From contig CAVPOM010000006.1 in NCBI GenBank assembly GCA_963707025.1, forward strand, positions 766,094 to 830,093: DNA of 64,000 nt, in the 5' to 3' direction. The notes under the pieces were generated by a model. The model made no database searches, had not been told where the DNA came from, and saw nothing but the letters and a program-made list of their open reading frames with translations. The DNA comes from an uncultured Verrucomicrobiae bacterium. GTDB taxonomy: Bacteria; Verrucomicrobiota; Verrucomicrobiia; Limisphaerales; Palsa-1400. Below are positions 53,957 to 63,818 of the stretch, in pieces. The translations under genes and the position numbers were made by a program. Positions within the stretch are counted from its first letter, which is position 1; each line of letters begins with the position of its first letter.

Positions 53957-53983
53957 TGGTGGAGCCGGGGGGATTCGAACCCC
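53957..53983 (-). mobile_element. att-like duplicated 3' end of tmRNA or tRNA-Ala
   Basis: GGGGTTCGAATCCCCCCGGCTCCACCA: T-arm plus acceptor 3' strand only. Confidence 0.75.
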
Positions 53984-54002
53984 ATGTAAAGCCCCGGATT
54001 CA

Positions 54003-54164
54003 TTGGGGAAAACTGAGGACTACACTGGAAAAGACACTGGATTTTCAATCGTTCTGGGTCACGACCTGTCACGCGTAGTCACTGCCTGGGCTGAACTGCC
54101 TGCCGCACTCAAGGCCGCAATCCTCGCGATTGTTGACACGGCCACGAAGGAGGGGGGCCAGTGA
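54003..54164 (+). CDS. Short att-adjacent peptide (start uncertain)
   Basis: DLSRVVTAWAELPAALKAAILAIV; its TGA overlaps the GTG of the next ORF. Confidence 0.45.
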   Translation: MGKTEDYTGKDTGFSIVLGHDLSRVVTAWAELPAALKAAILAIVDTATKEGGQ

Positions 54165-55012
54165 TACAGGAGCGGCACGGCGGCGAAGTAGAACGAGCAG
54201 AACCGATGCTGCGAGCCACCAGCTCGTCGGTTCTGCGGTCGAATGTTGTCTCAATTGGCGAGGCGGAAGGGGCGAGGGCGGTGCGGCCCGCCAGGGCCGC
54301 CCGCCCCGCCCTTCCTTGTCTATTGAGTAATAATTGCACCACAGAGGAGAAAACTGAACCTCTCAACATCCTCAAGGGCGGTCACAAACGCATGGCCCAA
54401 GTCCTCTTTTTGGAGATCATGGCGCTGGTCGCGCTTTACGGCATCGAACGAATTGGCTTTTTTACGCTCACCTTCGCGGACCACGTTACCAGCCTCCGGG
54501 AAGCGCAACGCCGTTTCCGCTCCATTCGCGCTCACGTCATCGTCAAACGCTATGAGCGGGCCATTGTGGTTTGGGAACGGCATGAATCCGGGAGAATCCA
54601 CTTTCACCTGGTCGTTGTCCTGGCCGATGATATTCGCACGGGCGCGAATTTCGCGGCCTTCAAATGCAAAGATTACCGGAGCGCAAACCGGGCGTTGCGG
54701 GCGGAGTGGGCTTTCTGGCGGAACACCTGCCCGGAATACCGCTTTGGACGGCATGAACTGATGCCCATTAAATCCAACGCCAAGGGCATTGCCCGTTACG
54801 TCGGCAAATACATCGGCAAGCCGAGGCGGAAGTGCCGCGTGCCCGGTTTGGCGACAGTCCGACAGCTACCGTCACGCAGGCGGCAACACCACCCGGCGCA
54901 ACCGATGGTTCAGAACTTCAAAAGAGGTACAGAAAAGGTGCGGTTGAGATTTGTTGGGCGGAATTTCAGGCAGTGCAAAACTCACATAACATACTTAACG
55001 CCACAACTTTAA
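54161..55012 (+). pseudogene. HUH rolling-circle replication initiator, probably truncated
   Basis: FFTLTF (motif I), IHFHLVV (HUH) and YVGKYIGK (motif III). Confidence 0.7.
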
Positions 55013-55016
55013 GAAG

Positions 55017-55092
<76 letters not shown>

Positions 55093-55183
55093 TAACCAAT
55101 TGCAAATACGTTACTTGCACGCTGATTTTTAGATGCAAATTTTCTTGTTGCATCCCACCGTTGTATCCCGTATATTAAACTCG

Positions 55184-56344
55184 ATGAAAGCGATATACGA
55201 AACTACGTCGGCGGAACGAGAAAGCATCCCGGCACCAAAGCGCGACCCGCACCTGTCCACGGATGGCAAGTGGCGCTCATTCCCGAAAGTCCCGAATTTG
55301 CTGCAATACGTCATTGCGGGAACATATTACGCTCGCTGTAAGGTCAATGGCAAGCCCGTACGTTCAAGTCTCGAAACCGACGTGTTTTCAGTGGCCAAGG
55401 TTCGACTCCCGGACAAACTCAAGGAGTTGCGGAAGCCCAAAGCAGTGGTCGGCACGTTCACCGATGGGCGCGTGCAATTCGAACAACAAACCAAGTGCGA
55501 CCACACCCTGGCGGAATTGTCGAAGGTTTATCGTCTTCGCTGCATTGAATGCCTCTTGCGCTCGTGGCCGGAACTGGACGCCAAAAAGGTGGACACCATT
55601 ACAGAACCGGAATGCCGTCAATGGGCGCAACGCTACGCCGAAAAATATGCTCCGCAATTCTTCAACAATACGCTCAACGTATTCCGCCAGGTTCTCGGGC
55701 TCGCCGGTCTTGGGCATGACGCGAATCCCGTTTTCAAAATCAAACGTCTGGGAGTGCGGTCAAAACCCTTGGAGCTTCCGACGACGGAGCAATTTGAGCG
55801 GCTGGTGGAAGTGATCGCCACATCCGGCGCTGGCCAGTCGAAAGACTGCGCTGACTTGGTGAGTTTCTTGAGTTTCACCGGCTGCCGCATCGCCGAGATG
55901 AAACAAGCCCATTGGCGAGATGTTGATTGGGACCGCAACGAAATCACCATCCAATGCGTGAAACGCCGTGCAACCAGCAATGCGTCGCTTACAAGGGTCA
56001 TTCCTTTGATTCCGGCGTTGCGCCAGTTGCTCGAACGGTTGAAACAGAAACAGCAGCCCCAGGCCGACGACAGGATTTGCCAAGTCTCAGAATGTCAAAA
56101 ATCGTTGACACGGGCCTGCCGCATTGTCGGTTGCGCCCGGCTCACCCACCATTCCTTGCGACACCTTTTTGCGACGCGCTGCGTTGAAAGCGGTATTGAT
56201 ATTCCGACTGTCGCTCGTTGGCTTGGACACAGTGATGGCGGAATGCTGGCGCTCAAAATTTATGGTCATTTGCGCCGGGAACATTCGCAAAGCATGGCCG
56301 CAAAAGTGACCTTCGGAACCAATGGCGCAGCGACAAATGGTTAA
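55184..56344 (+). CDS. Tyrosine recombinase / integrase
   Basis: TGCRIAE, HSLRH, LGH and IYGH catalytic residues; TTGCAT-17-TATATT promoter at 55148-55176. Confidence 0.93.
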   Translation: MKAIYETTSAERESIPAPKRDPHLSTDGKWRSFPKVPNLLQYVIAGTYYARCKVNGKPVRSSLETDVFSVAKVRLPDKLKELRKPKAVVGTFTDGRVQFEQQTKCDHTLAELSKVYRLRCIECLLRSWPELDAKKVDTITEPECRQWAQRYAEKYAPQFFNNTLNVFRQVLGLAGLGHDANPVFKIKRLGVRSKPLELPTTEQFERLVEVIATSGAGQSKDCADLVSFLSFTGCRIAEMKQAHWRDVDWDRNEITIQCVKRRATSNASLTRVIPLIPALRQLLERLKQKQQPQADDRICQVSECQKSLTRACRIVGCARLTHHSLRHLFATRCVESGIDIPTVARWLGHSDGGMLALKIYGHLRREHSQSMAAKVTFGTNGAATNG

Positions 56345-56624
56345 GGTCACAAAGACGCGCGAGCAAACCGTCTTGTTCAAATCCCGCTCGCTGGCCACTT
56401 GACCCGCCTTCGCCAGAGTCCTGACGGAAATAATTAAATCACAAGGTTTAGATTCGTGAAGAACGATCAGCTTTGCCCGCCGTACCGAGGTGAAAACCGC
56501 CTCAACTGGATTCTTCCATGTTTTGTCTGGTCTAATTGGACATTCCTGCTACCGTCTCAGTCGTTTAGAACTACGATTCAAAGAAACAGTTTTTTATGTG
56601 TGACACTGCAAGCAGTGAGATTTT

Positions 56625-56816
56625 ATGAAAGAACGTTGGCTGTCAGTTCAACAAATTGCGACGCATTTGGGCGTCAACCCGGATACGATCTACAAATGGA
56701 TCGAACGAAAGAAACTCCCGGCGCATAAAGTAGGACGCCTCTGGAAATTTCTGGCCTCCGAGGTTGACGAGTGGGTCAAAGGCGGCAAAGCGGGTCAGAA
56801 AAAGGAGAAAAAATGA
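56625..56816 (+). CDS. Excisionase-family (HTH_17, Mad1-like) DNA-binding protein
   Basis: RWLSVQQIATHLGV..DTIYKWI...LPAHKVGRLWKF...EVDEWV. Confidence 0.88.
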   Translation: MKERWLSVQQIATHLGVNPDTIYKWIERKKLPAHKVGRLWKFLASEVDEWVKGGKAGQKKEKK

Positions 56817-56852
56817 CGACCTCAACGAATCATCCCAAACAACCGGGTCATT

Positions 56853-58208
56853 ATGAATAGCGAATCTGCACCCGAAACCCGCGTGTCCGCTGCTCCGGGC
56901 GCTGTCATTAAACCGTGGTTGAGCGCCGTTTTGATTTTCGCACTGGCGGGCAACGTGCTCCTCTCGGCGATACTCATCATAAAACTGAGTGGCTTCGAGG
57001 GCATGAAAAGACGGGCTGATGAGACTGAGGCCGAAGCAGCAAAGAACCGCACGGCATTAGCGTCGCTTCAAGCTGATGTGGATTCGCTGAGTAAGCAGAA
57101 AGACGCTTTGGCACCAACAGTGGCGGACTGGGAAAAGCGCCTCAAAGAAAAAGCTGTCGCGGAAGCTGCTTTAGCGAATATGGAAGGGAAGCGACAGCAG
57201 GCAGAGTTGGATATTGCTCAAGCAGGCAAACATCTGGAAGAAATCAGTCGGAACGTGCTTGAGTCAGAAAAGCAAAAAGCCGAACTTGACTCGGCCATCG
57301 AAAGGCTCAAATCGGAACTGGTGTCTCTGACAAAAACGAACACGGACGCCAAAGCCTTGTTAACCCTCGCTTCGGAAGCAGAGCGACGGCTTGATGACGC
57401 AACGAATGCCCTCGCCAGTACCAACGCGCGTCGCAAGCAATTTGACGCTGATGCCACCGCAGCGCAGACACGCCTCGACCAACTCCAAAAAGAAGCCGAC
57501 GACCTGCGCCAGACGCGGGAAAAGTCAAATACTGAGTCGGCCACATTGCGTCAACAAATTCAGTCCTTCAAAGACCAACTCGCCACGTTCGATCAGCAGG
57601 CGGCAGATTTAAAAGCGCGTCAGGCCGCTGTCGGGCAGGAGGAACAAAAACTTGCGAAACTCCAGCAGCAAGTCGCGGGGGCTGAGGCTCGTGCCACGGA
57701 GATAGAAGCCCGGCAACAGCAGGCTACATCGGAACTCGCGCTGTTGACCAATCGCGTGGACCAGGCCCGGAGCCAAGCCGCCGATTGGGAAACCAAACGC
57801 GATATAAACCAACAGGCTGGAACCAAAGCCGCACAGGACCTGGCGGCTGCGCAAAAGATTCTTTTCGAGACCCAAGCCTCACAAGATCAACTCTCCCGCG
57901 ACCAGGCCAAGCTCATCGCTCAAATCGCTGCATCGAAATTGGACTTGGAGCAATCGCGCAAAGATGCCGCCGAGGCGGAGGTGCGCCTGGAAACTGTGAA
58001 GGGCGCATTTCAGAAGGCCGACGCTGACCTGGCTGCGACCCGCAAATTATCGCAGGAGTTCTCTGCCAAGCAGGGCGAATTGACGCGCGAAGTTGCGGGA
58101 TTGGAGGCGACCATTGAACGCCTGAAAAAGGAGAAGGAGGCGTTGGAGAAAGAACTCGGCAAGCTGGAAAGTCAGAAACCGAAGGCCCCGGCGGAGGGAA
58201 ATAAATGA
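56853..58208 (+). CDS. Membrane-anchored long coiled-coil protein
   Basis: N-terminal hydrophobic helix followed by about 400 aa of E/K/Q/A/L heptads. Confidence 0.8.
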   Translation: MNSESAPETRVSAAPGAVIKPWLSAVLIFALAGNVLLSAILIIKLSGFEGMKRRADETEAEAAKNRTALASLQADVDSLSKQKDALAPTVADWEKRLKEKAVAEAALANMEGKRQQAELDIAQAGKHLEEISRNVLESEKQKAELDSAIERLKSELVSLTKTNTDAKALLTLASEAERRLDDATNALASTNARRKQFDADATAAQTRLDQLQKEADDLRQTREKSNTESATLRQQIQSFKDQLATFDQQAADLKARQAAVGQEEQKLAKLQQQVAGAEARATEIEARQQQATSELALLTNRVDQARSQAADWETKRDINQQAGTKAAQDLAAAQKILFETQASQDQLSRDQAKLIAQIAASKLDLEQSRKDAAEAEVRLETVKGAFQKADADLAATRKLSQEFSAKQGELTREVAGLEATIERLKKEKEALEKELGKLESQKPKAPAEGNK

Positions 58209-58226
58209 AACATTTTTTAGGAGGAA

Positions 58227-60396
58227 ATGATGCCTGACACACAACTAATCCAATGGTCTCTCTGGGGACTCTCGCTGTTGGCTGGCGTAGGGGCGATTCT
58301 CGCCTTATTTAAGCTCCGATTTGCCGAGCGATTCCTGCCACAGTGGAACCAACTCAAGGAGTTGGACGCCACGTTGCCGCTTCGCCAGGAAGAATTGCGG
58401 CAGGCGACAGACGGCATAGACAAGTGCCGCGCAGAAATCGGTCAACTTGAGGCAACGGTCGGGGCACCTGCGTATTCTCAAAGAGTGGCAGAATGCCAAC
58501 CCGGAAGCCCCAGCGCGCATTCAGCAAATGATGACCGACCTTGAACGGTGCAAATCCGAACTGGCCGCTGTCCAGCAGAAGCTCGCGCAGGACGAGCAGC
58601 GCCTCAACGAGGTCGCTCAAGAGACGAAGCTATTCAGTCAGGAGAAAGCCCAACTTACGCAGGAGACCGGCACGCTCCGCGACCAACTCGCAGGGCTTCA
58701 CAAGCAAAAGGCCGAACTTGAAAAATCCTTGCGCGACCTCGACGACCAGCGGCGGCAGTCCGAAATCAAACTTTCGACCATGAGAGAGCAAGTCGCGGCG
58801 AACGAGGCTGAATTGACACGACTGCGGACGCAACTTGACCAAGTACTCCGAGAGAAGCGAGAGGCTATTGCTGAACGGGATCAAGTCGTTGCCGGACGAG
58901 ACGCCGCAAAATCGGAACTTGCACTCTTGACCAAACGGGTCGAAGGGGCGCAACAGGAACTGAAACAACTTCGCGATTTAGCCGACGCAAAGTCAAAAGA
59001 AAAACGCCAGTTGGAGGATGAAATTGCGGCTCTAACACGGAAGCGAGATACCATCGCCAGTGATTCTCTCAAGGCCGAGGAGGAACTTCGGAAGCTGAGG
59101 GGCCAGCTTGACCAGTTGAGCCGGGAACGCCATGCGGCGGTTACAGAACGCGACAAGGCGTTTTCGGACCGGGACGCCGCGCGCACAGAATTGGAAGGTT
59201 TGAAGAAGTCCGTCGAAACCTACAAGGCGCTTGTGGACAACCTTAATATGCGATTGAAACAAGCCGACGTTGGCCACACGGACATGGCCAAGGCGCTTGA
59301 GGACTTGGCTCAACCCGCGCTCAAGTTCGCATTCAATCGCGGCGCCAACCTGGATGAAAGCGCGGCACTACGCCATTTGGCCGAACACTTGCGCGCAAAA
59401 GGGCTTCACTACCCCGATCGCATTCAACTCGCGTTTCACACCAGTCTCAAGGCGGCTCACATCAATCCGCTGGTCGTACTGGCGGGGGTTAGCGGCACTG
59501 GTAAAAGCGCACTGCCGATGGCCTACGCCGAGGCACTTGGAATGAATTTCCTCAGTTTGGCGGTGCAACCCGGCTGGTCTGGGCCGCAAGACTTGCTCGG
59601 GTTTTACAACTACCTCGAACGAAAATACAAAGCCACCGAACTGGCCCGCGCGCTCGCTCAAATGTCGCGGTTCTCGGCGGAGGATCTGCCGGGCCTTACA
59701 GTCCAGCCGCGAAAGGATCAGATGCTTCTGCTCTTGCTGGACGAAATGAATCTTGCCCGCATCGAGTATTATTTTTCGGACTTCCTCAGCCGATTAGAAC
59801 AACGCCGTGGGCGAAACATTCAGGACACACAACGCCGTCGTGAAGTGTCGCTTTTGGTGGATGCAGGCAGCTTGCCGGCTGGCGAAATACCGCGCTTTAT
59901 CTTCCCGGACTTCAACGTTCTTTTTGTCGGAACGATGAACGAGGACGAGTCAACGCAGTCACTTTCAGACAAGGTGATTGATCGGGCGAACGTGCTTCGT
60001 TTCGGCGCGCCCAAAGAACTCATGGCCGCACACGCTTCGCCTGATGCGCCGACCACGGAATTCCTGCCTCACGCCAAATGGGAGCAGTGGATACGGTCTT
60101 TCGACGGAACTGCGTTCGATGACGAACGAAAGACACTCAACCAGTTAAATCAGACTTTAGAGACTGTGAACCGGCCGTTTGGCTTCCGGGTCTATCGAGC
60201 GATCCTCGACTACATTGCCAACTATCCCAATGCCGCCACGGATGCGGCCCGTCGTCGCAACGCGTTCGCAGACCAGATTGAACAAAAAATCATTCCAAAA
60301 CTGCGTGGACTTGATACGCAGGACGATACTGTGGGCGGCGGCGAGGACGGGATGCAAAACGGGCGGTTGACAACGGATCGGTTGTTGCATGATTAA
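58227..60396 (+). CDS. TM + coiled-coil + McrB-like AAA+ GTPase, NxD type (frameshift near 58465; C-terminus may be truncated)
   Basis: GVSGTGKS, VQPGW..PQDLLG, LLDEMNLARIEYYFSDFLS, GTMNEDE, LSDKVIDRA and PKLRG motifs. Confidence 0.85.
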
Positions 60397-60410
60397 AAGG
60401 GTAACATTAT

Positions 60411-60725
60411 ATGCTCACGTTTGCTCAAGCGTTGGAGTTGGCCGAGACCTGGATTAGGATCGTCACGGGAGATCAGGCTATTGTGGTCAAAGAGGACACG
60501 CTCAAACGACCCTACGGGTGGGTTTTCTTTTACCAGAGTCGTAAATACTTGGCCTCTGGCGAGACGCGGGATAGGCTGGCAGGGAACGCGCCCATTTTAA
60601 TTGATCGAGTGAACGCCGAGCTTCGAGTCACTGGCACGGCGCACTCGATTGAGAAGTATTTGGCGGACTACGAAGCGACGATCCCGGCGGCGCGGAAGCA
60701 AATGAGCCCACCGAAAGAGCCGTGA
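60411..60725 (+). CDS. YrhB / Imm35-like immunity protein
   Basis: YGWVFFYQS..YL.SG...L.GNAPILIDR...GTA pattern. Confidence 0.75.
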   Translation: MLTFAQALELAETWIRIVTGDQAIVVKEDTLKRPYGWVFFYQSRKYLASGETRDRLAGNAPILIDRVNAELRVTGTAHSIEKYLADYEATIPAARKQMSPPKEP

Positions 60726-60735
60726 GTGCGGGATG

Positions 60736-61479
60736 TTAGGGTGTTTCGATCTGATCCTTCATACGGTAACTCCGGCCTTCCACGATCACCGTTTCGGCGT
60801 GGTGCAGGAGCCGGTCCAGCACGGCGCTGGTCAGGGTGCTGTCGTTGTTGAAGATTTTGGGCCAGTTTTTATAGGGCTGGTTGGTCGTGACGATGGTCGA
60901 ACCGGTCTCGTAACGCTGGCTGAAGACTTGGAAGAGCAAATCGGCGCCGGTTTTATTGATCGGCAAATATCCAAGCTCGTCAATACAAATTATGCTGGGG
61001 CTCATGTATTTCTTGAGTTCGGCTTTGAGGCGGTGGGTGGATTGGGCCGCCGCCAGAGTGTTGACGATGTTGATGGCGGTGGTGAACAGCACCGTGTGGC
61101 CGGCCAGACAGCCCTCATAGGCCAGCGCGGTCGCCAAGTGGCTCTTTCCGAGGCCGGCGCCGCCCATGAAAATGACATTGGCCTTGGCCTTGAGGAAGGA
61201 GAGGCGGAAGAGATTTTGCACTTGGGTTCGATTGATTTTCTTGGGCCAAGTCCAGTTGAACTGTTCGAGGGTTTTAATGACCGGAAAGCGCGCCGCCTGG
61301 ATGCGGCGCTGGGTCGCCCGGTCCTTCCGCCGGAGGGCTTCGCCTTCGGCCAGGCGGCTTAGAAAGTCCAGTTGCGTCCAGTTTTTCTCCGCCGCCTCTT
61401 GGGCCAGGGCTTGGTGGTGCTCCTGAAAATAGGAGAGTTTGAGGTAAAACAAATGCGTCACAAGTTGATCGTCGTTCAT
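60736..61479 (-). CDS. istB: IS21 helper ATPase
   Basis: ARFP..KTL..F, GGAGLGKSHLA, IDELGYLP, RYE.GS..TTN and DRLLHH motifs. Confidence 0.95.
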   Translation of the reverse strand: MNDDQLVTHLFYLKLSYFQEHHQALAQEAAEKNWTQLDFLSRLAEGEALRRKDRATQRRIQAARFPVIKTLEQFNWTWPKKINRTQVQNLFRLSFLKAKANVIFMGGAGLGKSHLATALAYEGCLAGHTVLFTTAINIVNTLAAAQSTHRLKAELKKYMSPSIICIDELGYLPINKTGADLLFQVFSQRYETGSTIVTTNQPYKNWPKIFNNDSTLTSAVLDRLLHHAETVIVEGRSYRMKDQIETP

Positions 61480-62954
61480 GGGTTGGGTGGAGAGTCGGGT
61501 TGGTTCTTGGAGTCGTAAAGAGAGAGGTCTGGCGCGGGCAGATCCAACTCCAGCAGGTCTTGTTGCCGAGTCAGGTGCAACGCGCCGGGTTCCTCGGGCG
61601 GATGCTGGCGTTGCTGTAAAAGGTTGGCGATGTATTCGCAGGAAAAAGCCTGATAGGTGAAGGCGTCTTCCATGGCGCGAGCGACCGCTTCGACGCCATA
61701 AAGCTCGCTCAAGGCGACGATCTTCTGGACGTGATGTTTGGGATTGAGACGCCGCTGTTCCAGTTGCTGATAGTAATCGTCGGCCTTGGGGCACAGGGCC
61801 AAAAAGCGCAGGTAGAGCTTTTGCTCGCGTGCCTTTTTACGGTGCAAGAGCAAGGGCGCCACATGGTCGGGCAACTCGTAGTCCTGGTTGCGGTCGTAAC
61901 GGCGCACATGTTCGGCCACCAGCTTCTCCTGGTCATAAACCAGGAGCCGGTCGGCGAACCGTTTCAAGGTGAGCTGGCTCGACGCATACTGGCAGGGGAC
62001 CGAATAACGGTTGCCATCAACGATGATGCGGAACTGACTGTTGACCCGGACGGGGCCTACGACGGCCGCCTCATAAGGCAGCGGATGGAGGGGCTTGAGG
62101 TTTTCCTGGGTGAAGAGTTCCTGGGGCGTTTTTTGGGTCTGACCGTGAACCCGGATATTGGCCACCGTGTCCAACCAATAGCGCGCCGCCGGATTAACGG
62201 CTTGAAAATCCGAGAGTTGCAGACCGTTGAGGAAGTTCTTTTTGACATATCCCACGCCATTCTCGACGCGCCCTTTTTCCTGGGGCTGAGATGGGCCACA
62301 GGCTCTGATTTGAAAACCGTGATGGTTGGCAAAATCCAAGTAACGCGGGTTGAACGTGATCGAGGTGCCGACCCGGCTCAAGACGGCGACCTTGCAGTTA
62401 TTGACCCAAACCTGGCACACCACCCCACCGAAGTATTCCAGGGCGTGCTGGTGGCAGGCCAGAAAATGCTCCATCGTTTCGGCCAGCGTGAACTCCAGAT
62501 ACATTTTGCGGCTGAAGGCCAGCACCATGATAAAAAAGGACAGGCGGCGCTGGGTGGATCCCACCGGGACCGAACCGGCGCATCCCCAGTCCACTTGGGC
62601 GCACTCTCCGGGTTCAAAGTGGAGCGTCAGGAAAGCCGGCCGCGGTTTGGGGCGCACCTGGCGCACGAACTCCTTGAGGATGGTGTAGCGTCCCTGGAAG
62701 CCCCGCTCCTTGAGTTGCTGGAAAATCTGCTGGGCCGAGTAAGCATGTTGTTCCAACAGGCGGACGATGTCGCCCTTGAACGGATCAAGTTTGCTGGGGC
62801 GCTGAGGGATGGCGGCGGGCTTAAAACTCTCCCGCCCGGCCCATTTGCGGACGGTGTTCAAACCCAGTTTGAGTTCGCGGGCGATCTGCCGCAGGCCCAG
62901 CTTCTTTTCGGTGAACAACTGCCGAATCTGGCAATAGGTTTGATAATCGATCAT
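61476..62954 (-). CDS. istA: IS21 transposase
   Basis: N-terminal HTH, SKLDPF, PGECAQVDWG, EKGRVE, RVHGQT and NRYSVP motifs. Confidence 0.95.
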   Translation of the reverse strand: MIDYQTYCQIRQLFTEKKLGLRQIARELKLGLNTVRKWAGRESFKPAAIPQRPSKLDPFKGDIVRLLEQHAYSAQQIFQQLKERGFQGRYTILKEFVRQVRPKPRPAFLTLHFEPGECAQVDWGCAGSVPVGSTQRRLSFFIMVLAFSRKMYLEFTLAETMEHFLACHQHALEYFGGVVCQVWVNNCKVAVLSRVGTSITFNPRYLDFANHHGFQIRACGPSQPQEKGRVENGVGYVKKNFLNGLQLSDFQAVNPAARYWLDTVANIRVHGQTQKTPQELFTQENLKPLHPLPYEAAVVGPVRVNSQFRIIVDGNRYSVPCQYASSQLTLKRFADRLLVYDQEKLVAEHVRRYDRNQDYELPDHVAPLLLHRKKAREQKLYLRFLALCPKADDYYQQLEQRRLNPKHHVQKIVALSELYGVEAVARAMEDAFTYQAFSCEYIANLLQQRQHPPEEPGALHLTRQQDLLELDLPAPDLSLYDSKNQPDSPPNP

Positions 62955-63322
62955 GCCGCACCTCCCAGCGCCTTGCGCAAAATGTCCCCCACGCTGACCG
63001 GGCCCGACCGGTCTCCGCTGACGGGTTCCAAGCTCAGGACCTGGTAAAGAGGTTTTTCATAGGCAATCAGCCCGGCTTGGACCAATTGCTGGCGGCTGGC
63101 CGAAAGACCCACCTGATCTATTTTCAAGCGCCGCATCAGCGAGGCGTCGGAGTAGTAGCTCAGTCCCTCAACGTTGGCCACGCTGGTCAGGAACAGGTAG
63201 AGCGCCCAAGCCGCGTGATCACACCGGAGGAAGTAGTTTTCCCGCACCAGCCGGTGATCGATCCAGCTGAACTGGGGCGGGACTTTCCGGAGCCGCTCCG
63301 GATTGAGGACACGTTTTTTCAT
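62951..63322 (-). CDS. Predicted winged-helix protein coupled to istA
   Basis: FSWIDHRL, ALYLFL, GLSYYSD and L.QAGLI motifs; ATGA overlap with istA. Confidence 0.7.
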   Translation of the reverse strand: MKKRVLNPERLRKVPPQFSWIDHRLVRENYFLRCDHAAWALYLFLTSVANVEGLSYYSDASLMRRLKIDQVGLSASRQQLVQAGLIAYEKPLYQVLSLEPVSGDRSGPVSVGDILRKALGGAA

Positions 63323-63818
63323 GCAATAATCTTTCAAGGTTCATGCCGGGCACCATGCCCAGAATGTCGTGTCCCTTGCTTACCAAGCGCCGGGCACTGG
63401 TGGCGATGTCGTCTTGCAAGGTACTGCCGACGAACATGGAGATAAGCCCCACAAACAGAGGCACTTGCATCGAACAGAGGTCTTGTAAGGTACAGTCGGG
63501 AGCATTTTTCGCAACTTCTTGTGGCGCAGGAACTTGCTGCGAACAGCCGTCTTGTAAGGTACGGCACCGGTAGCGAGCGGTGTTTTTCCAGTAGCCCGGG
63601 TGCTCCTTCTGCCAGTCGCGGGCTCGCTGGGCGTTCTCCTCATCCCGGAAGTAATTTTCGTTCTCCGGCTTGGCCAGCCATGCCCGCATGAGCTCGCGTT
63701 TTCTGGCCTTGCGGCAGTCGGGTTTGAGGCAATAGCACTGGCGTTGTCCACCCCGGTAATCGGGAAGAAAAAGTTCGTTGCAGTGCAAGCACTTGCGTCG
63801 GGGTTGCGGCGGCTTCAT
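63219..63818 (-). CDS. Cys-rich basic hypothetical protein heading the IS21 operon
   Basis: CLHC and YCLKPDC motifs, Trp/Arg-rich helices, three TLQD repeats. Confidence 0.7.
   Translation of the reverse strand: MKPPQPRRKCLHCNELFLPDYRGGQRQCYCLKPDCRKARKRELMRAWLAKPENENYFRDEENAQRARDWQKEHPGYWKNTARYRCRTLQDGCSQQVPAPQEVAKNAPDCTLQDLCSMQVPLFVGLISMFVGSTLQDDIATSARRLVSKGHDILGMVPGMNLERLLHEKTCPQSGAAPESPAPVQLDRSPAGAGKLLPPV

Noticed and set aside
53957..54030. Complete tRNA-Ala or tmRNA gene
   Set aside because: Only the T-arm and the 3' acceptor strand are present.
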